DNA of 64,000 bases from an uncultured Acetatifactor sp. GTDB lineage: Bacteria > Bacillota > Clostridia > Lachnospirales > Lachnospiraceae. The notes under the pieces are model-generated. The model was not told the origin of the DNA, did no database searches, and saw nothing but the letters and a program-made list of their open reading frames with translations. Positions 26,241 to 36,160 of this stretch are shown here, in pieces. Location: contig CAJUCP010000015.1 of NCBI GenBank assembly GCA_910585425.1, forward strand, positions 39,307-103,306, in the 5' to 3' direction. The position numbers were made by a program, and so were the translations under genes. Every line of letters starts with the position of its first letter. Position 1 is the first letter of the stretch.

Positions 26241-27323
26241 ATGGGAATGCAAATGGGCTTTCGCTGGTACGGCGAGGGCAATGACGACATCAAGCTGTCT
26301 GACATCAGGCAGATTCCCGGCGTGACCAGCATCGTGTGGGCGCTGCATGACAAGATGCCGGGGGAAGTCTGGGAAGTAGAGGAGATCGCGAAGGTGCAGA
26401 AGGCCCTGGAGCCTTATGGCTTCAACATGGATGTGGTGGAGTCCGTGAATGTCCATGACGACATCAAGATAGGGCTGCCCAGCAGGGACGGGTATATCGC
26501 CAATTATATCCAGACGATAAGGAATCTGTCCAGGTTCGGAGTAAAGGTCATCTGCTATAATTTCATGCCTGTGTTCGACTGGACGAGGACAGATCTGTTC
26601 CATCCCGTGGGAGACGGCTCCACGGCTCTGTACTATGAGGCGGATAAGATTCATGACGACCCGAAGGAGATGGCGGATTATATCCTGAACAACCTCCACG
26701 GCCTGACCTTCCCGGGCTGGGAGCCGGAGCGTATGCGTAAGCTGGATCAGCTGTTCGAAGCTTATAAGCCCGTCACCAAGGAGAAACTGTGGGAGAACCT
26801 GAAATATTTCCTGGAGCAGCTGATGCCGGTGTGCCATGAGTGCGATATCAAGATGGCCATCCATATGGACGATCCCCCATGGGATATCTTCGGCCTGCCC
26901 CGGCTGCTGGTGGACGCTGCATCCGTGGACAAGTTCCTGGAGCTGGTGGACGACCCGTACAACTGCCTGACCCTGTGCTCCGGCAGCCTGAATGCCAATC
27001 CGGAGAACAATGTGGCGAGCATCGTGCGCAAGCACTGCGACAGGATTGCTTTTGCCCATATCCGCAATGTGAAGCATTTCGAGAATGGGGACTTTTCCGA
27101 GGCCAGCCACAGGGACTGCGATGGGGACACTGGTATCCTGGATATCATCAAGGCTTATCACGACTGTGGTTTTGAGGGTTATATCCGTCCCGATCATGGA
27201 CGCCATCTGTGGGACGAGGGCCCGGGCAACGTGCGTCCCGGCTACGGCCTGTACGACCGGGCGCTGGGCATCATGTATATGTGGGGCATCTGGGATATGC
27301 TGGATAAGCTGGACGTGGAATAG
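26241..27323 (+). CDS. uxuA: Mannonate dehydratase
   Basis: N-terminus MQMGFRWYGEGNDDIKLSDIRQIPG and overall length are typical of UxuA. RBS GGAGGGG. Confidence 0.9.
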   Translation: MGMQMGFRWYGEGNDDIKLSDIRQIPGVTSIVWALHDKMPGEVWEVEEIAKVQKALEPYGFNMDVVESVNVHDDIKIGLPSRDGYIANYIQTIRNLSRFGVKVICYNFMPVFDWTRTDLFHPVGDGSTALYYEADKIHDDPKEMADYILNNLHGLTFPGWEPERMRKLDQLFEAYKPVTKEKLWENLKYFLEQLMPVCHECDIKMAIHMDDPPWDIFGLPRLLVDAASVDKFLELVDDPYNCLTLCSGSLNANPENNVASIVRKHCDRIAFAHIRNVKHFENGDFSEASHRDCDGDTGILDIIKAYHDCGFEGYIRPDHGRHLWDEGPGNVRPGYGLYDRALGIMYMWGIWDMLDKLDVE

Positions 27324-27441
27324 GAGCATTTCTGGGCTAAAAGGAGCTTTTCTTTCTGTATCCCCCCGACATGGCTAAGGGTTCCTCCGGAAAGATAGAG
27401 CTGCACCAGGCGATTTTCTGGTAGAAAAGGAGATATAATTC

Positions 27442-29025
27442 ATGAAACTGATTGATATCAAAAATGGAATCAACCCCCAGTGGGCGGAAAAAGGATATCA
27501 GATGCCCCAGTTCGACATCGAAGCCGTGAGGGAGAAGACCCATGCGGAGCCCGCCTGGGTGCATTTCGGAGCCGGAAATCTGTTCCGGGCATTCCCGGCG
27601 GCCATTTTACAGCAGGTACTGGACTCCGGGAAATATGACAAGGGTGTCATTGTGGCAGAGGGCTTTGATTTCGAGATTATCGACAAAGCCTACGCGCCCT
27701 ATGATGATTTAAGCCTCCTGGTCTGCCTGCAGTCCGATGGGAATATCCAGAAGAAGGTCATCGCTTCCGTGACGGAGAGCCTGAAAGCTGACGCGCAGTT
27801 CCCGGAGGACTGGGCCCGGCTGGCAGAGATTTTCCGGAATCCCAGCCTCCAGATGATTTCCTTCACCATCACGGAGAAAGGGTACGGCGTGGCTCCGGCA
27901 GACCTGGAGCGGGGGTTGAAGCCTGCGCTGATCATGGGCAAGGTGACATTGCTCCTGTACGAGCGTTTCCTGGCCGGAAAGCTGCCCCTGACCCTGCAGA
28001 GCATGGACAACTGCTCCCACAACGGGGACAAGGTGAAAGCCGCCGTCATCGCCTACGCTGCCAGATGGGTGGAGGAGGGACTGGTGCCGAAGGAATTCCT
28101 GGACTATGTGCAGGATCCGGCAAAAGTGACCTACCCCTGGAGCATGATCGACAAGATCACCCCCCGCCCGGACGAGAAGGTACAGAAGATGCTGGCGGAG
28201 GACGGATTTGAAGACAACTACACCATCATCACGGACAAGCGCACCTATACCGCGCCTTTCGTCAACGCGGAGGAGACGGAGTATCTGGTCATCGAGGACA
28301 ATTATACCAACGGCCGTCCGCCCCTGGAGCTGGGCGGCGTGATGTACGTGGACAGGGAGACTGTGGACAAGGTGGAGCGGATGAAGGTCTGCACCTGTCT
28401 GAACCCCCTCCATACAGCCATGTCCATCTACGGGTGCCTGTTGGGGTACGATTTGATTTCCGCGGAGATGGCGGACGAGGATATCAGAGGGCTGATCACG
28501 AAGCTGGGCCATCTGGAAGCCATGCCTGTGGTGGTGGATCCGGGGGTCTTAAAGCCTGCTGACTTCATCGATGCTGTGCTGAACCGCCGACTGCCCAATC
28601 CTTTCATGCCCGACGCGCCCCAGCGCATCGCCACGGATACCAGCCAGAAGCTTCCCATCCGGTTCGGCGAGACCATCAAGGCTTACCGGGAGCGGGGGCT
28701 GGACATGGACGACCTGGTGCTGCTGCCCCTGGTGCTGGCGGGCTATGCCCGGTATATCCGGGGCATCGATGATGAGGGCAGGGCTTTCGAGCCCTCACCG
28801 GATCCGCTGCTGGAGGAGCTGCGGGCGATCGTGGCGCCGCTGGAGGTGAAGGAAGGGGAGCAGGACTTCTCCTGCCTGAGGGAACTGTTTGGCCGAACCG
28901 ATGTATTCGGCGTGGATCTGTACGCGGCCGGGCTTGGAGAGCGCATGGAAAAAATGGCGGCGGAGCTGTTCGCGGGCCCCGGGGCGGTGCGCAGGACGCT
29001 GCATAAGTATGTCTCCGCCAGATAG
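27442..29025 (+). CDS. uxuB: Mannitol dehydrogenase family oxidoreductase, probable fructuronate reductase (D-mannonate oxidoreductase)
   Basis: WVHFGAGNLFRAF dinucleotide-binding motif. It is ~527 aa and directly follows uxuA. Confidence 0.8.
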   Translation: MKLIDIKNGINPQWAEKGYQMPQFDIEAVREKTHAEPAWVHFGAGNLFRAFPAAILQQVLDSGKYDKGVIVAEGFDFEIIDKAYAPYDDLSLLVCLQSDGNIQKKVIASVTESLKADAQFPEDWARLAEIFRNPSLQMISFTITEKGYGVAPADLERGLKPALIMGKVTLLLYERFLAGKLPLTLQSMDNCSHNGDKVKAAVIAYAARWVEEGLVPKEFLDYVQDPAKVTYPWSMIDKITPRPDEKVQKMLAEDGFEDNYTIITDKRTYTAPFVNAEETEYLVIEDNYTNGRPPLELGGVMYVDRETVDKVERMKVCTCLNPLHTAMSIYGCLLGYDLISAEMADEDIRGLITKLGHLEAMPVVVDPGVLKPADFIDAVLNRRLPNPFMPDAPQRIATDTSQKLPIRFGETIKAYRERGLDMDDLVLLPLVLAGYARYIRGIDDEGRAFEPSPDPLLEELRAIVAPLEVKEGEQDFSCLRELFGRTDVFGVDLYAAGLGERMEKMAAELFAGPGAVRRTLHKYVSAR

Positions 29026-29285
29026 TGGAGAGCGCGGAGGATTATCGGGGTTTTTGCGCCGAGAACTTGAAAGCTGTATTTTGAGGATGTTTTGATGATT
29101 TATGCTGCACGGCGAATCTGTTTGCAGCCGTGTGATATAACGAAAGGCCGCCAGACATGTTCCGGGTCCGGATAGACTGGTAAATTCTGGCGGCCTTAAG
29201 TATGGTTGCTCCCCTGATGATCGCCTTGGGGGGCTTTTTCTGTTGGGCCGGTGTGCTCTTTTGAAGGCATGCCAGCCTGCAAATC

Positions 29286-29417
29286 TGCCTTTATGTGATT
29301 TTGGAATACAATATAAAGTGCCTTTATGTGAAAAAATAGAGTATAACAAACTGCCTTTATGTGAAAAAACATGTTGTTTGAAAGTGCCTTTATGGAGTAT
29401 AATATAGATTGAAACAT
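29286..29417 (+). repeat. Four direct repeats with an exact 33-bp phase upstream of the ATPase gene
   Basis: TGCCTTTATG starts at 29286, 29319, 29352 and 29385. Three units read TGCCTTTATGTGA. The fourth reads TGCCTTTATGGAGTATAAT and contains a TATAAT. Confidence 0.8.
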
Positions 29418-29462
29418 CAAAGGGGTATTTTTGTTAATTAAAAAAGAAGGGCAGAGGATGAT

Positions 29463-30800
29463 ATGAAGCGTAAAATATACGGGCGTTTGATGGAATGGAA
29501 GGAAAAAGATAAGGGAAGCAGTGCGCTTTTGCTGGATGGAGCGCGCCGGGTGGGGAAAAGCTACATTGCCGAGCAGTTCGGCGCGAATGAATATAGGAGT
29601 TATCTGCTGATTGACTTTGCGCATTTGTCTCAGGAAGTGAGGGATATCTTTGAGAATGACCAGACGGATTTTGATTTATTCTTCAATAAACTGTCCGTCT
29701 ACTATCGAAAGACGCTCTATAAGCGGGAAAGCCTGATTATTTTTGACGAGGTGCAGAGATACCCAAAGGCAAGGCAGCTGATCAAGTATCTGGTGGCAGA
29801 CGGCCGGTATGACTATCTGGAGACAGGGTCTTTGATTTCACTGCGGATGAACGTGGAAGATATCGTGATTCCGTCGGAGGAGGAGCATGTAGAAATGTTT
29901 CCCATGGACTTCGAGGAATTTCTGTGGGCGATGGGGGATGATGTGACGGTTCCGTTTCTGAGGGATTGTTTTGAAAAGCTCCAGCCACTGGGACAGGCCG
30001 TGCACAGGAAGGTGATGAACGATTTCCGGCAATATTTATTGGTGGGAGGCATGCCCCAGGCGGTAAAGAGCTATGCCGATACGAAGGACTTTGAGGCTGT
30101 TGACCGGGTAAAGAAACGTATTTTGACGTTATACCGGGAGGATATAACGAAGTTCGCAAAAGGCTATGAGGGAAAGGTGCTCGCCCTTTTTGATGAAATG
30201 CCGTCACAGCTTGCCAAGGCGGAGAAAAAGTATAAGCTTTCGGAAGTGGAAAAAGGAGCCAGGTTCCGGGAATATGAAAATGCCTTTATGTGGCTGACGG
30301 AGGCGATGATAGTCAACAACTGTTATAATGCCACGGACCCCACTGTGGGGCTGGCTATGAGCGGGGAATACACTACCCGGAAGTGCTATATGGCGGATAC
30401 GGGGCTTCTGGTCTCTCATTCTTTTATGGAGGACAGCTTTACGGAGAATGAGCTGTACAGAGAGATTCTGTTGGACAGACTGCATGTGAACGAAGGGATG
30501 CTGATGGAGAATATCGTGGCACAGGAGCTGCGGGCCAGGGGCCGTAAGCTTTTCTTCTACTCCAGGTCGGATACGGATCACCGGGAAAACCATATGGAAA
30601 TCGACTTCCTGATCCGCAGAAAAAGGAAAATCTCCCCAGTGGAGGTAAAATCGGGGACTTACCGGCAGCATTCCTCGCTGGACAAATTCAGGTCGAAATT
30701 CAGAGGGAAGATCGGGCAGGCATACATTCTGTATACGAAGGACATCCTGGTGAAGGAGGATGTGGTTCATCTGCCGGTCTATATGGCCATGTTCCTGTGA
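29463..30800 (+). CDS. AAA-type ATPase of the AAA_14/DUF4143 kind
   Basis: Walker A GARRVGKS, Walker B LIIFDEVQ, and a C-terminal region with the restriction-endonuclease-like pattern EIDFLI...VEVK. It is AT-richer than its neighbours. Confidence 0.8.
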   Translation: MKRKIYGRLMEWKEKDKGSSALLLDGARRVGKSYIAEQFGANEYRSYLLIDFAHLSQEVRDIFENDQTDFDLFFNKLSVYYRKTLYKRESLIIFDEVQRYPKARQLIKYLVADGRYDYLETGSLISLRMNVEDIVIPSEEEHVEMFPMDFEEFLWAMGDDVTVPFLRDCFEKLQPLGQAVHRKVMNDFRQYLLVGGMPQAVKSYADTKDFEAVDRVKKRILTLYREDITKFAKGYEGKVLALFDEMPSQLAKAEKKYKLSEVEKGARFREYENAFMWLTEAMIVNNCYNATDPTVGLAMSGEYTTRKCYMADTGLLVSHSFMEDSFTENELYREILLDRLHVNEGMLMENIVAQELRARGRKLFFYSRSDTDHRENHMEIDFLIRRKRKISPVEVKSGTYRQHSSLDKFRSKFRGKIGQAYILYTKDILVKEDVVHLPVYMAMFL

Positions 30801-30871
30801 TGTGTTTTCATAGACCATCTGATCTTACAGGCCGGGAACAGGCAATCTTGCGTTAAATCTCATGAAATCCC

Positions 30872-30926
30872 TTGACAACACAGACCAATGGGTGTAGTCT
30901 GTCGGTAAGACCACAATGAGTGGTCT
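30872..30926 (+). promoter_or_regulatory. Promoter with two overlapping dyads; candidate BlaI-type operators
   Basis: TTGACA (30872-30877), a 17-nt spacer, then TAGTCT. Dyads are ACAGAC-N11-GTCTGT (30880-30902) and AGACCAC-AATGA-GTGGTCT (30908-30926). Confidence 0.5.
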
Positions 30927-30942
30927 GCGAGGAGGGATGAAA

Positions 30943-31305
30943 ATGCAGGAGATACAATTAGGCGTGGTAGAGGCACGCTACGCGGACATGATCTGGGAAC
31001 GGGAACCGGTCACATCTTCGGAACTTGTGAAGCTCACGGCAGTGGAGTTCAACTGGAAACGCACCACAGCCCACAACGTGCTTCGGCGCTTATGCGATAA
31101 GGGGCTGTTCCGAAACGATAACGGAACGGTGACTTCGGTCCTCTCCAGAGAGGAGTTCTATTCGCAGCAGAGCCGGAAATACGTGGAGGACAGCTTCGAG
31201 GGCTCCCTTCCGGCGTTCATCGCGGCATTCACAAAGGGAAAGCCGCTTACGGAGGAGGAAGCGGAAGAGATACGCAGAATCATTGACGGCGGGAAGGAGG
31301 TGTGA
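30943..31305 (+). CDS. BlaI/MecI/CopY family transcriptional repressor
   Basis: Winged-helix pattern EARYADMIWEREPVTSSELVK...TTAHNVLRRLCDKGL. GGAGGG lies 7 nt before the ATG at 30943. The ATG at 30916 lies inside the operator palindrome. Confidence 0.85.
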   Translation: MQEIQLGVVEARYADMIWEREPVTSSELVKLTAVEFNWKRTTAHNVLRRLCDKGLFRNDNGTVTSVLSREEFYSQQSRKYVEDSFEGSLPAFIAAFTKGKPLTEEEAEEIRRIIDGGKEV

Positions 31306-31307
31306 GG

Positions 31308-33227
31308 ATGGCTGCGATTTTCACCAAGCTATGGAGCATGAGCATGGCGGCAAGCTGGCTCATAGCAGCCGTAATCATCTTGCGGCCGCTGCTGAAAAAG
31401 GCGCCCAAATGGATCAATTGCCTCCTGTGGGGGCTGGTAGCGGTTCGGCTGGTATGCCCGGTCTCCTTTGAGAGCGCCCTCAGCCTGGTTCCCAGCGAGG
31501 AAGCCATAAATGCCGGTATCGCCGGCTCCTTCATGGAACCGGACATGGACAGCAAAGCGCCGTTGGATGTCCGGCCTGTTGCCCTGGGCACCGATGGAAA
31601 TCCTGCTCCAGAGGACGAGGCGGCAGCGGAAGCGGCAGGAGAGGCAGGCGCTGATTCTCTGTGGAGGAATGCGGCTGCAGCCATCTGGATCATCGGCATG
31701 ATAGGACTGTGGGGCTATGCACTGATTCGGTATCTGCGTCTGCGGAGAACTGTTTCGGAAGCTGTTCCTTTGGGAAGGAGCGTTTCAGGGGCCGTCCCCT
31801 TCCGGGAGGATGTCTGGATTTGCGATGGGATAAGGTCCCCGTTCCTGTCCGGAATCATCCGCCCCCGAATCTACATTTCTTCCAGCACAGAGGAGAGCCA
31901 GATAGGCTATATCCTTGCCCATGAGCGGGCCCACTTAAAGAGGAGAGACCATTGGTGGAAGCTGATAGGCTTTCTGCTGCTGACAGTCTACTGGTTCCAT
32001 CCGCTGTCCTGGGCGGCCTATATCCTGTTCTGCCGGGACATTGAACTGGCCTGTGACGAAAAGGTGATCCGGCGGCTGGGCGAAGAGGAGAAAAGGCTGT
32101 ATTCAAAGGCGCTGCTGAGCTGCAGCACCCAGCGCAGAGTGGTACTGGCCTGTCCGCCCGCGTTTGGGGAAGTGGGAGTGAAGCGGAGGGTAATGTCCAT
32201 ATTGGGTTACAGGAAACCGGCGTTCTGGGCGGTGCTGCTTTCCGTCTTGATCTGCCTGATCGTGGCGGTATGCTTTCTGACCACTTCGCCGAAGACCTGG
32301 CAGATAAAAGTGACCATACCGGCAGACGGGGACGGAACCTTCTGCTATTCGGAGGAGGAAATCAGCCCCAAAGGCAATACCCTTACCCTGTACGCCGGGG
32401 AGGGGATGGAGGACGGCGAGATCAGGCTGCTCCCGGTAGAGGCCAGCCAGGAGAACGCTTATGACGAGGCCTTTTACCTTACGCCGGGGATGCCTGTGAA
32501 AATAGACGTGGAGAAGGGCGCCTGGTTCAAGATAGGGGTACGGACACAGAATCCTTCCGGGGAAGACAGGGACGTATATCTGTCGGTGGAAAATGTGGAA
32601 GTGAGGATTGCGTCAGAAGCGCCGGAAGATGCCGAAGAGGAACTGGATTCCGGTGGAGAAGCGGCAGAAAGTCCGCAGAGGGATCCGGCTGCCGTGGACC
32701 GGGACACTGAGCCGGAACCTCCGAAGGAAACGCCGCCGGTTTCCCCATTTCCTATAGAATTCCTGTTTGCAACCGGAGCAAGCTCCGCCGGGACGACGCT
32801 TACGCTGAATCAGGACGGTTCCTTTTCCGGAAAGCATTTTGACCATGAAAACATCATAGGGGAGGGCTATCCAAACGGCGCTTGCTACATCTGTTATTTC
32901 AGCGGGCAGTTTGAAGACATCCAACAGATAGACGCCCATACCTATTCTATGACACTTGGGGAGATCGTCACGGAAAGGGAAAAGGGGGAGGAATGGATTG
33001 AAGACGGCGTACTGTACATGGCGACGGAACCGGCCGGACTGGAAGACGGAAAAGAGTTCCTGCTCTACACGCCGGGGACTCCGCTGGATGAGCTTTCCGA
33101 GGACTTCCTGTCATGGTGGATGGGGCGGGGGAGCTATCAGGAGGATGAAGAAAGTGCCCAGACCCTGCCCTGCTACGGCCTTCAGAATGTGGCCAATGGG
33201 AAAGGGTTCTTTCAGCGGGAAAGGTAG
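31308..33227 (+). CDS. M56 family (BlaR1-like) membrane metalloprotease/sensor with a non-PBP extracellular domain
   Basis: TM segments and the zinc site LAHERAHLKRRDHWW. After a final TM the C-terminal ~330 aa show no obvious SxxK penicillin-binding motif. The stop of blaI overlaps the start region. Confidence 0.8.
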   Translation: MAAIFTKLWSMSMAASWLIAAVIILRPLLKKAPKWINCLLWGLVAVRLVCPVSFESALSLVPSEEAINAGIAGSFMEPDMDSKAPLDVRPVALGTDGNPAPEDEAAAEAAGEAGADSLWRNAAAAIWIIGMIGLWGYALIRYLRLRRTVSEAVPLGRSVSGAVPFREDVWICDGIRSPFLSGIIRPRIYISSSTEESQIGYILAHERAHLKRRDHWWKLIGFLLLTVYWFHPLSWAAYILFCRDIELACDEKVIRRLGEEEKRLYSKALLSCSTQRRVVLACPPAFGEVGVKRRVMSILGYRKPAFWAVLLSVLICLIVAVCFLTTSPKTWQIKVTIPADGDGTFCYSEEEISPKGNTLTLYAGEGMEDGEIRLLPVEASQENAYDEAFYLTPGMPVKIDVEKGAWFKIGVRTQNPSGEDRDVYLSVENVEVRIASEAPEDAEEELDSGGEAAESPQRDPAAVDRDTEPEPPKETPPVSPFPIEFLFATGASSAGTTLTLNQDGSFSGKHFDHENIIGEGYPNGACYICYFSGQFEDIQQIDAHTYSMTLGEIVTEREKGEEWIEDGVLYMATEPAGLEDGKEFLLYTPGTPLDELSEDFLSWWMGRGSYQEDEESAQTLPCYGLQNVANGKGFFQRER

Positions 33228-33435
33228 TTTGGCATACATTGTGTCGGAACAGACGCGGAAGCGGGCTGTTCCCGCAGCCTTCCCGGTTGAGTCCGGGAGC
33301 GGAAATATCAACTTCTGCTTTCTTGAAAACCTCATCTTCTGACGGTATCATGTTATCTCAGAAGGACATTGAGTGCACCGTGGCGCACGGAATCATGGCA
33401 TCATGAGACTATATCAAAAGCAGGAGGTATAAAAG

Positions 33436-34905
33436 ATGATCGATCGGGAACAGATAGGAATCAGGATAGCGGCCCTGCGGAAAAAGGCGGGCCTGTCCCA
33501 ACAGGCGCTGGCCGAAAAGCTGGGGGTCAGCGCCCAGGCAGTGAGCAAATGGGAGGGCGGAAAAAATCTGCCTGACATCGATATGTTCCGTGAGCTGGCG
33601 TGGCTTTTCCACATGACCATCGACAGCATCGTGGAGGGCGATCTGACATTTGCGGAGAAAAGCAGCCGGAAGGAGCTCCCCGCCAGCGTGGAAGCCCTCT
33701 TCCCGGATGCCGAGAGGCGCAGGCTCCTGCAGAGTCTGGCGACCTACTGCTCCGACACGGAGCTCTACAGCATCGCCAGGGAACTGTCCGAGGGAAGCCT
33801 GGAACTGTCCGTCCAGGCAAGTATTGTGAGAACGGAAGGCGGGGCATGCCAGAAAATCGGGGCATGCCAGGAGGGGCACCTCAGAGAAAAGCCGGAGGAG
33901 AGAAAGGTCTCTATCCCCGCCAGCCTGCTCGGAGAGAACACACTGCGGGAGACGGCTCCGTACTTTGCAAAGGCCCTGGGGGAAATGACCGGCAGCATGG
34001 AGCCGGGGCTGCGGCGGATCGGCGAGCTGATGTGCTGTCCCGAGTGCGGAGAGAAGCTTTCCCCTGAAAATACAGACGAAAATAAGGCTGTATTTATATG
34101 TAAAAACGGCCACCATTACGACGTGACGGACGGCGTCGTATATTTTGGCTCCCGAGAGATTCCGGGAGAGCTGTGGTCGCTGTACATGAAGAATTATCAG
34201 GACTACCTCCGGGAGCAGCGCCATCCGGGGAACCCGCGCTATCAGATGGGGGCTGTCCCCTGCAGCGAGGTGCGCTGGCAGATGCTGAAAAAGCTCCGTC
34301 CCCGGGTCATCCTGGACGTGGCCTGCGGCACCTGCAACGGGCTGAAATACGATCTGCAGCGCATCAACTGGCCCTGCCTTGTAATCATGACAGACCTTTC
34401 CCACCGCATCCTCAAGTACAACAAGCGGTATTTCAGCGAGGAGATGGTGAACCCCTACGTGGACATCGTGTGCCTGGCATGCGACTGCGCCCATTTGCCC
34501 ATCCGGGACGGCTGCATCGACATGGTGGTCTCCAACGGCGGATTCGAGAGCATGCAGTCCAAGATGATGGCGGGCTTCCGGGAGGGATACCGGGTGCTGA
34601 AGCCCGGCGGCCACGCGGTGTACAACATCAGCATCGTTGGGGACCACGATTCGGAGAATACGAAAAAGTGGGAGTATTTATACGGTACGCTGGATGCCGG
34701 TTATTCCCTGCACGAAAAGCTTTATGACATTGAGGAGTGGGAGGAAGTATGTAAAAAAACAGGATACCTCTCCACAGAGACAAAAGAAATCTACGGGGAG
34801 CTGCCCGCGCCGGATGGGGACGAGTTCCCCTTCGAAAATGAAATCCTGCAGTGGATGGGGGAGCATCTGTGCATATCTGAAAAGCGGCCTGCCCCTGTGT
34901 CCTGA
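33436..34905 (+). CDS. Fusion protein: XRE-type HTH, RlmA-like zinc ribbon, and class I SAM-dependent methyltransferase
   Basis: HTH LRKKAGLSQQALAEKLGVSAQAVSKWEGG; zinc ribbon CCPECGEKL...ICKNGHHYDVTDGVVYF; SAM motif I VILDVACGTCNG. RBS AGGAGG. Confidence 0.75.
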   Translation: MIDREQIGIRIAALRKKAGLSQQALAEKLGVSAQAVSKWEGGKNLPDIDMFRELAWLFHMTIDSIVEGDLTFAEKSSRKELPASVEALFPDAERRRLLQSLATYCSDTELYSIARELSEGSLELSVQASIVRTEGGACQKIGACQEGHLREKPEERKVSIPASLLGENTLRETAPYFAKALGEMTGSMEPGLRRIGELMCCPECGEKLSPENTDENKAVFICKNGHHYDVTDGVVYFGSREIPGELWSLYMKNYQDYLREQRHPGNPRYQMGAVPCSEVRWQMLKKLRPRVILDVACGTCNGLKYDLQRINWPCLVIMTDLSHRILKYNKRYFSEEMVNPYVDIVCLACDCAHLPIRDGCIDMVVSNGGFESMQSKMMAGFREGYRVLKPGGHAVYNISIVGDHDSENTKKWEYLYGTLDAGYSLHEKLYDIEEWEEVCKKTGYLSTETKEIYGELPAPDGDEFPFENEILQWMGEHLCISEKRPAPVS

Positions 34906-34941
34906 AAGCGCCTTCCCATACAAACCCATACAAAGCAGCAG

Positions 34942-34980
34942 AGCCTCCTGAGGGATTGCCCCCCGGGAGGCTTTCTTTCG
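34942..34980 (+). terminator. Probable rho-independent terminator after the methyltransferase-fusion gene
   Basis: AGCCTCC ... GGAGGCT stem followed by TTCTTTCG. Confidence 0.5.
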
Positions 34981-35222
34981 CTTTCCTGTCTGGATCTTTC
35001 GGCGCCGGAGGGAAACCGCCCTTGGGCATCATGCCGGGCTTTTTTGCCCCGCAAATCCGATGAATGGGCTTTATGACATGGGAGATACTGAGAAGGGGAA
35101 CGATTTTGGACACAATGGACAAAAATCGACTCTTTACGCGGTTTCCGCCTCCGTGATAGATTTAAGCCAACACAGGCGGGGGAAGCCGGGTGCCGCCTGG
35201 AAGAAGAATAAGGGGGTGTACC

Positions 35223-36146
35223 ATGGGTACTCTGTCGAAGCTGAAGAAAAGGTACTTTGGGAAGAAGAGCATGCTGCAGCTATATCTTCTGGCAATCATA
35301 CCGATAGCGTGCATTATTCTGTTCTGCTATGTCCCGATGTCCGGGATTCTGATCGCGTTTAAGGATTACAGTGTCCGCAAAGGGATCCTGGGAAGTCCGT
35401 GGGCAGGAATGAAGTATTTCGAACAATTGTTCGGAACTCCGATTTTTACGGATATCCTGAGGAATACCATCGTGCTGAGCCTGTTGGGGCTGATAGTCGG
35501 ATTTCCCTTCCCAATCCTGCTGGCTCTGGCCTTTAACGAAATCCGGAACGCCAGGATCAAAAAGACATTGCAGACGATTTCTTTCGCCCCCTATTTTATC
35601 TCGACGGTGGTCGTGGTGGGCATCCTGAACCAGATTTTCTCTTACCGCTATGGCGTCGTAAACGGGGTATTGAACCTGCTGGGACAGGAATCGGTGAATT
35701 TCCTGGGAATGAGGGGATTCTTCCGGCCAGCCTATGTCCTCTCCGGCGTCTGGCAGGGGGCGGGGTATGGGTCCGTGCTGTACATAGCGGCGCTTTCCAG
35801 CGTGGACCTCTCCCTGTACGAGGCGGCGGCCCTGGACGGGGCCAGCAGGCTCCAGAGGGTCATCTATGTGGATCTGCCCTGTATCGCGCCTACCATCATC
35901 ATTTCCCTGATCATGAATACAGGCAGCATCCTGAGCGTAGGGTTCGAGAAGGTGTTCCTGATGCAGAATCCCGTGAATTACGGCGTGTCGGAGATCATAT
36001 CCACCTATGTGTACAAGACGGGCATCGTGCAGGCGCAGTTCAGCTTTTCCACAGCGGTGGGGCTGTTCAATGCGGTGGTGAACTTCATCATCCTGCTTCT
36101 GGTCAATACGGTGGCGGGCAAGGTCTCGGAGACCAGCCTTTTTTGA
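35223..36146 (+). CDS. Carbohydrate ABC transporter permease (LplB-like), paralog of 16782-17720
   Basis: EAAALDGASRLQRVIYVDLP EAA loop. It is multi-TM. The ATG follows AAGGGGG. Confidence 0.9.
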   Translation: MGTLSKLKKRYFGKKSMLQLYLLAIIPIACIILFCYVPMSGILIAFKDYSVRKGILGSPWAGMKYFEQLFGTPIFTDILRNTIVLSLLGLIVGFPFPILLALAFNEIRNARIKKTLQTISFAPYFISTVVVVGILNQIFSYRYGVVNGVLNLLGQESVNFLGMRGFFRPAYVLSGVWQGAGYGSVLYIAALSSVDLSLYEAAALDGASRLQRVIYVDLPCIAPTIIISLIMNTGSILSVGFEKVFLMQNPVNYGVSEIISTYVYKTGIVQAQFSFSTAVGLFNAVVNFIILLLVNTVAGKVSETSLF

Positions 36147-36160
36147 AAGGGGGAGGAGCT

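Noticed and set aside
29196-29624. A 142-aa minus-strand ORF with a repeated FHIKA peptide.
   Set aside because: The peptide repeat is simply the translation of the 33-bp-phased DNA repeats. The ORF also runs antisense into the ATPase gene start.
30916-30942. The upstream ATG given as the BlaI start in the ORF track.
   Set aside because: That ATG sits in the centre of the AGACCAC-AATGA-GTGGTCT operator-like palindrome and has no RBS. The ATG at 30943 follows GGAGGG at proper spacing.
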